A DNA stretch of 11,562 nucleotides from Candidatus Thorarchaeota archaeon (GTDB taxonomy: Archaea > Asgardarchaeota > Thorarchaeia > Thorarchaeales > Thorarchaeaceae): the NCBI GenBank assembly GCA_963726195.1, contig CAVSBO010000006.1, forward strand, positions 1-11,562, read 5' to 3'. The translations under genes and the position numbers were made by a program. Under the pieces are notes generated by a model. It was given only the letters and a program-made list of their open reading frames with translations, searched no databases and was not told the origin of the DNA. This document shows, one piece after another, positions 8,168 through 11,562 of this stretch (position 1 is the first letter of the stretch; each line of letters begins with the position of its first letter).

Positions 8168-8611
8168 CTAGTATCTGAAAGTGAGGTATAGCAGTACGCT
8201 TAGCGCCACGCATGTGAACAAGTCAGGTAGCATGGCAAATGGCCCAAGTCCGAATGCGCGGAAACCGAAGACTCGCTGGAGAAGAGGATTAGAGGACAAC
8301 GCGTAGAAGAGTAAGATGACCGAGAACACCATTAGGCCCAAAGTGAAATCCGATTTCACCTTTCGGTAGATGCCCAGATATGCGGAAAACAGGAAGATGA
8401 GTAGTGCGGCATTGACAGTCGAGAGTACCACAGTGATCCCATAATACAACTGTATATCTCCCGGGGGCGGTGGAAAGGTCGGTCTGGGCTCAAACGCCGG
8501 TCTGAGTGGCTCCAGATAAGTGACACCTAGAAACGCTACAAGCAATGCAACCAAGATGACTGTCGCATAGACAATCCCCGCCTTCTGATTCTTCTTCATG
8601 TTTGACTTCAC
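8168..8611 (-). CDS. Conserved hypothetical membrane protein (4 hydrophobic segments), partner of the winged-helix regulator
   Basis: 147 aa containing YRKVKSDFTLGLMVFSVILLFYALSSNP. Its GTG start overlaps the regulator's TGA (GTGA, 8608-8611). Confidence 0.85.
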   Translation of the reverse strand: MKSNMKKNQKAGIVYATVILVALLVAFLGVTYLEPLRPAFEPRPTFPPPPGDIQLYYGITVVLSTVNAALLIFLFSAYLGIYRKVKSDFTLGLMVFSVILLFYALSSNPLLQRVFGFRAFGLGPFAMLPDLFTCVALSVLLYLTFRY

Positions 8612-8934
8612 TCTCGGTCGTCGTCTTTAGCCTTTTTCCAGATTTTCCCCACAATCTCCTCAAAGAGAGCATAGTTCTCTTCCATCTGTGAGGACAGGAA
8701 ATAGGTGGTCCCATACCTGTCTCCAGCAGTGACGATTATGCCGTGCTTGCCAAGAATCTCAAGATGATGCCTTATGGTTCTGTAGTCCTTCTCGAGTCTG
8801 TTCGCCAGCTGATTCGCGTTCTGAGGAGTCTCCTTCAACACCGCGATCATCTCGGCGCGAGTCGTCCCTCCTTTCGTGCCTGCGATTAGCCAACCCAGCA
8901 GATGCTTCAGCGACGACTCGGTGTGAAAGACCAT
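8608..8934 (-). CDS. Archaeal ArsR-like winged helix-turn-helix transcriptional regulator
   Basis: LLGWLIAGTKGGTTRAEMIAVLKETPQNANQLANRLEKDYRTIRHHLEIL (HTH) and GDRYGTTYFLS (wing). No cysteines. Confidence 0.92.
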   Translation of the reverse strand: MVFHTESSLKHLLGWLIAGTKGGTTRAEMIAVLKETPQNANQLANRLEKDYRTIRHHLEILGKHGIIVTAGDRYGTTYFLSSQMEENYALFEEIVGKIWKKAKDDDRE

Positions 8935-9108
8935 GTCGATTCCAGCCTTCAGGGATCACTCTGGTGCTAGGTTTGAACGAAATGCGAATTTGGCGCATTA
9001 TATGTCTTCCGAGACCATCGCGGTCGATTGGGCAGGCAGCCTAACAGCACTCGCGCTCAGAATGACGAGATTGGGAACAGTCTCGACCTTTCATGGGATG
9101 AGAGGTTA

Positions 9109-9163
9109 CATAAGGGATGAATTAGTCAAAGATTCGGGTCAAATTCTGAAGAACCGCTAATAG
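9109..9163 (+). promoter_or_regulatory. Phased 11-bp repeat array D plus weak TATA, divergent from the regulator gene
   Basis: CATAAGGGATG AATTAGTCAAA GATTCGGGTCA AATTCTGAAGA then ACCGCTAATAG. SD-like GGAGAGG precedes ATG 9213. Confidence 0.72.
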
Positions 9164-9212
9164 CTCACCGCCTCAAGGCCGAGGACATCGCAATGGAGAG
9201 GCGAACACGCAT

Positions 9213-9428
9213 ATGGTTAGTGAAGCCAAGTGGCGGGAGAGGACTATTTTCCAATGTGAGCTCTGCGGCCACAGCTATGCAGATCTAGAGACAGCCGAAC
9301 GTTGCGAACAATATTGCTACTCGCACGGAAGACCATCGCCCACGCTAATGGAGAAGTACCCTTTGAAGCTTCAGCGAAATGACATTGGGACACCTAACAG
9401 AAAGAATCCCAGATACAAAATGAACTGA
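9213..9428 (+). CDS. Small putative zinc-binding protein (CxxC...CxxxCxxH)
   Basis: 71 aa containing FQCELCGHSYADLETAERCEQYCYSH; SD present. Confidence 0.8.
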   Translation: MVSEAKWRERTIFQCELCGHSYADLETAERCEQYCYSHGRPSPTLMEKYPLKLQRNDIGTPNRKNPRYKMN

Positions 9429-9475
9429 GAGATTTTCGACTCTCCCCAAGAAGTGGTATGTGAAGAGGAAAGTGA

Positions 9476-10432
9476 ATGATCTTCCCGGACGCTCAATTCC
9501 TCGTGGTGTTGATCTGGGGTTTGATAACTCCGTCGACGCCCTTCCTGCCTACAGTAGAATTCATGGTGGCTAGCATCATAGTCGCGATGTTGTCTCGACG
9601 TTCCTTTCACCGGCAGACTATTGCTTTGCTCTGTGTCTTGGGCATAATGTCCATCCAGAGCCTCGAGCTTGTTATGTTGGCATTGCATGTCCAGGTTTTC
9701 ATGACGCCATCCGGTGCGTTCTTGCCAACCCCCGATAATATGTCGAATTATCTTTCGATCTTGTTTGAGGCAAATCTCTGGTTTGCTGGATTCGGTGCTG
9801 CCGCTGCGGCATTTGTGGCGGTTTATGTTTGTTTTGGGAAATCTCGGTTGGAAATGTTACGCGCTTCTCCTGGTGCTATCCTGATTGAAAACCCGATGTG
9901 GCTCAGAAAGATCGCATTAGGCTTGGCAAATCGGGCGAACGTGAGCTGTCCGGAGGTTTGTCTGGTCGATTCTGGAACTCCGCAAGCCTTCACGGTGAGA
10001 GAGAAGAGCAAGTATGTCATCGCACTGTCTGTCGGGATATTGGAGTGTTTCGACACCAAGGAGGTTGAGGCTTGCATTGCTCACGAGATAGCTCATATCA
10101 AGAACAATGACTTCATGATCAGGTTTCTTGCCACATTGGGTAAGGTTGCTGTCTTTTCCAAACCGGTGAGTTATCTCATTGAAGCAGCAATTTACCGTGC
10201 ACGCGAGTTTCACGCGGACAAAACAGCGGCGTCATTGATTGGAGGACCCGATGCACTCATATCAGTGCTCACAAAGCTCGGTGAACTTAACTCATATTCC
10301 TCAATCCCGACTACTCCGGGCCCTGCTTGTGCGTGTTTATTGGATCGAAGCGAAGGCATGCGCAGGATCTTGGACAAACATCCGGCTCTTGAGTCTAGGA
10401 TTAGGTTGTTGAACGAATTGAAATCTCCCTGA
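9476..10432 (+). CDS. M48 family (HtpX-like) membrane zinc metalloprotease
   Basis: N-terminal TM segments, PQAF, HEIAH zinc motif, third ligand in AREFHAD, and C-terminal HPALESRI. Confidence 0.9.
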   Translation: MIFPDAQFLVVLIWGLITPSTPFLPTVEFMVASIIVAMLSRRSFHRQTIALLCVLGIMSIQSLELVMLALHVQVFMTPSGAFLPTPDNMSNYLSILFEANLWFAGFGAAAAAFVAVYVCFGKSRLEMLRASPGAILIENPMWLRKIALGLANRANVSCPEVCLVDSGTPQAFTVREKSKYVIALSVGILECFDTKEVEACIAHEIAHIKNNDFMIRFLATLGKVAVFSKPVSYLIEAAIYRAREFHADKTAASLIGGPDALISVLTKLGELNSYSSIPTTPGPACACLLDRSEGMRRILDKHPALESRIRLLNELKSP

Positions 10433-10604
10433 ACACATGGCCTAGGACAAGATTTGCGTGGCTAGAAATTGGCACATACTCTCTGCCTTAGCAGATAGGG
10501 CGTCAAGTTTCTTCTTAGTGAGATCAGTAGTCGAACCAAGAGTCCTGCTGCAAGTGGTAGGTTTCACAAATAACGATCCAGACAGGTATTCACCAAGAAC
10601 ACCA

Positions 10605-10702
10605 CAGTGCCGGTGACATTAGGATTGGAGGTGAATTAGGAGAGAAGTTGGGAGCAATTCTGAAAACCCCTCTTATGGTGCGAGGTCATTTCGGTGATGC
10701 GA
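10605..10702 (+). repeat. About 98-bp direct repeat, copy 1 (partner 11417-11513)
   Basis: 10645-10702 and 11456-11513 match at 55 of 58 positions, with weaker similarity upstream. Confidence 0.92.
10623..10678 (+). promoter_or_regulatory. Phased 11-bp repeat array E plus weak TATA
   Basis: GATTGGAGGTG AATTAGGAGAG AAGTTGGGAGC AATTCTGAAAA then CCCCTCTTATGG. Confidence 0.72.
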
Positions 10703-10709
10703 ACGCAAA

Positions 10710-10883
10710 ATGAAACCAACTACCCCATCGAACCCTCGTTCTGATCCTGCTCCTTCAGTTGAAACCTTAGGGGTGACCAAAGTCTACAGAGTCGGTTCTT
10801 GCCAGACCGTGCGTTTGGCTTCAGATTTCTTCCTGAGCTGCCTCAGTTCGAGTCCGGTTGTATGGAGTGTCTTGGATTCGTAG
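10710..10883 (+). pseudogene. Probable 5' remnant of an ABC ATP-binding gene
   Basis: The 57-aa ORF MKPTTPSNPRSDPAPSVETLGVTKVYRVGS... resembles AIETLDLKKSYKMG of the 4190 ATPase, then loses similarity before Walker A. Confidence 0.5.
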
Positions 10884-10948
10884 CATTACCATATTGAGCT
10901 TCCTCGCTTTGAGGCAGCCTCTCTTGGAGCAGGCTGGAATCACACAGC

Positions 10949-11002
10949 CGCTTTGACGTGATTTGGGCATAATTAAGGTGAAATCCTGAAATAGCCTTAA
11001 TC
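10949..11002 (+). promoter_or_regulatory. Phased 11-bp repeat array C plus weak TATA
   Basis: (CGCTTTGACGT) GATTTGGGCAT AATTAAGGTGA AATCCTGAAAT then AGCCTTAATC. Confidence 0.75.
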
Positions 11003-11048
11003 TCTCCGAAGACTACACTCTGACTGAAAGTTATCTGAGATGTTGGAA

Positions 11049-11114
11049 TTGGTGACGTGCAGCGGCAACGGCTGTTTCAGGGCTCAAATGGCAACCACGA
11101 TTTCACTGAGGTAG
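11049..11114 (+). pseudogene. Truncated paralog of the CxxC single-TM microprotein (21 aa)
   Basis: TTG GTG ACG TGC AGC GGC AAC GGC TGT (MVTCSGNGC) is homologous to the start at 7804; it then diverges and stops without a TM segment. Confidence 0.5.
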
Positions 11115-11209
11115 ATAGGAAGGGAGGGCCGTCGGGAATTGGGCGTGGAAGCGACGCAAACCACGTGTCCAAACTGTAAGAACAATTGCAGATTTAGGAG
11201 CATTGCTCT

Positions 11210-11314
11210 TTGAGAAAGAGAAAGAAAAAGCCTCCGACCGCTGGCCAATATCTCGACCTATTGGAATATGAATGGAGGAAACCAAAAAAAGGTAAATCGG
11301 CCATGTGGGCGTAG
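11210..11314 (+). CDS. Basic microprotein, copy 2 (34 aa, MRKRKKKPPTAGQYLDLLEYEWRKPKKGKSAMWA)
   Basis: TTG start after AGGAG; paralog of 6304..6396. Confidence 0.6.
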   Translation: MRKRKKKPPTAGQYLDLLEYEWRKPKKGKSAMWA

Positions 11315-11416
11315 AGCACGGTCATTGTTCGTCCTTAGAGGTCAAATCCGCTCAGCGTGGTAGCTATCAGGCATGGTACACCATGACCCCAGGCATTTGT
11401 TCGCCGGGGGTCACTG

Positions 11417-11513
11417 CAGCGCCGGCACACTCAGATTGGGGAAGAATTAGGACACAAGTTGGGAGTAATTCTGAAAACCCCTCTTATGTTGCGAAGTCAT
11501 TTCGGTGATGCGA
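11417..11513 (+). repeat. About 97-bp direct repeat, copy 2
   Basis: Matches 10605-10702. Confidence 0.92.
11434..11488 (+). promoter_or_regulatory. Phased 11-bp repeat array F plus weak TATA
   Basis: GATTGGGGAAG AATTAGGACAC AAGTTGGGAGT AATTCTGAAAA then CCCCTCTTATG. Confidence 0.72.
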
Positions 11514-11562
11514 GCGATCGGTTTATCGAGAGAGACGAGCGTCTTCAGCGAATTGATTCTTA

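Noticed and set aside
8933-9160. Track ORF, 75 aa (+)
   Set aside because: It spans the divergent promoter region and array D and shows no protein features.
9476-10432. BlaR1/MecR1 (M56) sensor assignment
   Set aside because: There is no C-terminal sensor domain, the neighbouring regulator is not BlaI-like, and the C-terminal HP..xxRI motif fits M48 better.
11103-11508. Track ORFs 11103..11285 (-) and 11305..11508 (+)
   Set aside because: The first is antisense to the conserved basic peptide. The second runs through promoter F and has no recognisable protein features.
6925-11513. Repeats as a CRISPR array or transposon/MITE ends
   Set aside because: There is no regular repeat-spacer period, no cas or transposase gene, and no terminal inverted repeats with target duplications. 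The repeats are oriented toward gene starts like promoters.

Overview
This window appears archaeal, with a Bathyarchaeia-like gene set, GGAGG/GAGGTG SD motifs, TTG/GTG starts and TATA-type promoters; the taxon is inferred. The left half (1-6195) is mostly ordinary. It holds a HAD hydrolase, a VOC protein, a frameshifted ferritin-like gene missing from the ORF track, a DUF4013-like membrane protein, a CxC/HxH hypothetical, a frameshifted MFS transporter and a LolD/MacB-type ABC ATPase plus permease. The right half (6300-11562) is the interesting part. An archaeal ArsR-like winged-helix regulator overlaps, and is probably translationally coupled to, a small membrane-protein gene. Around this pair are six promoter-like regions. 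Each carries 3-4 head-to-tail 11-bp units (one per helical turn, RATTnGG..., last unit AATTCTGAAA-like) that abut a weak TATA-like box. These promoters face unannotated microproteins (a CxxC single-TM peptide, a stand-alone C2H2 zinc finger, a duplicated basic 30-34 aa peptide, a CxxC/CxxxC zinc protein), a repeat-containing membrane protein, an M48/HtpX-like protease and ABC-transporter remnants. My hypothesis is a membrane-sensor/activator regulon for envelope or metal stress that has spread by local duplication. I found no rRNA, tRNA, CRISPR array or transposase.
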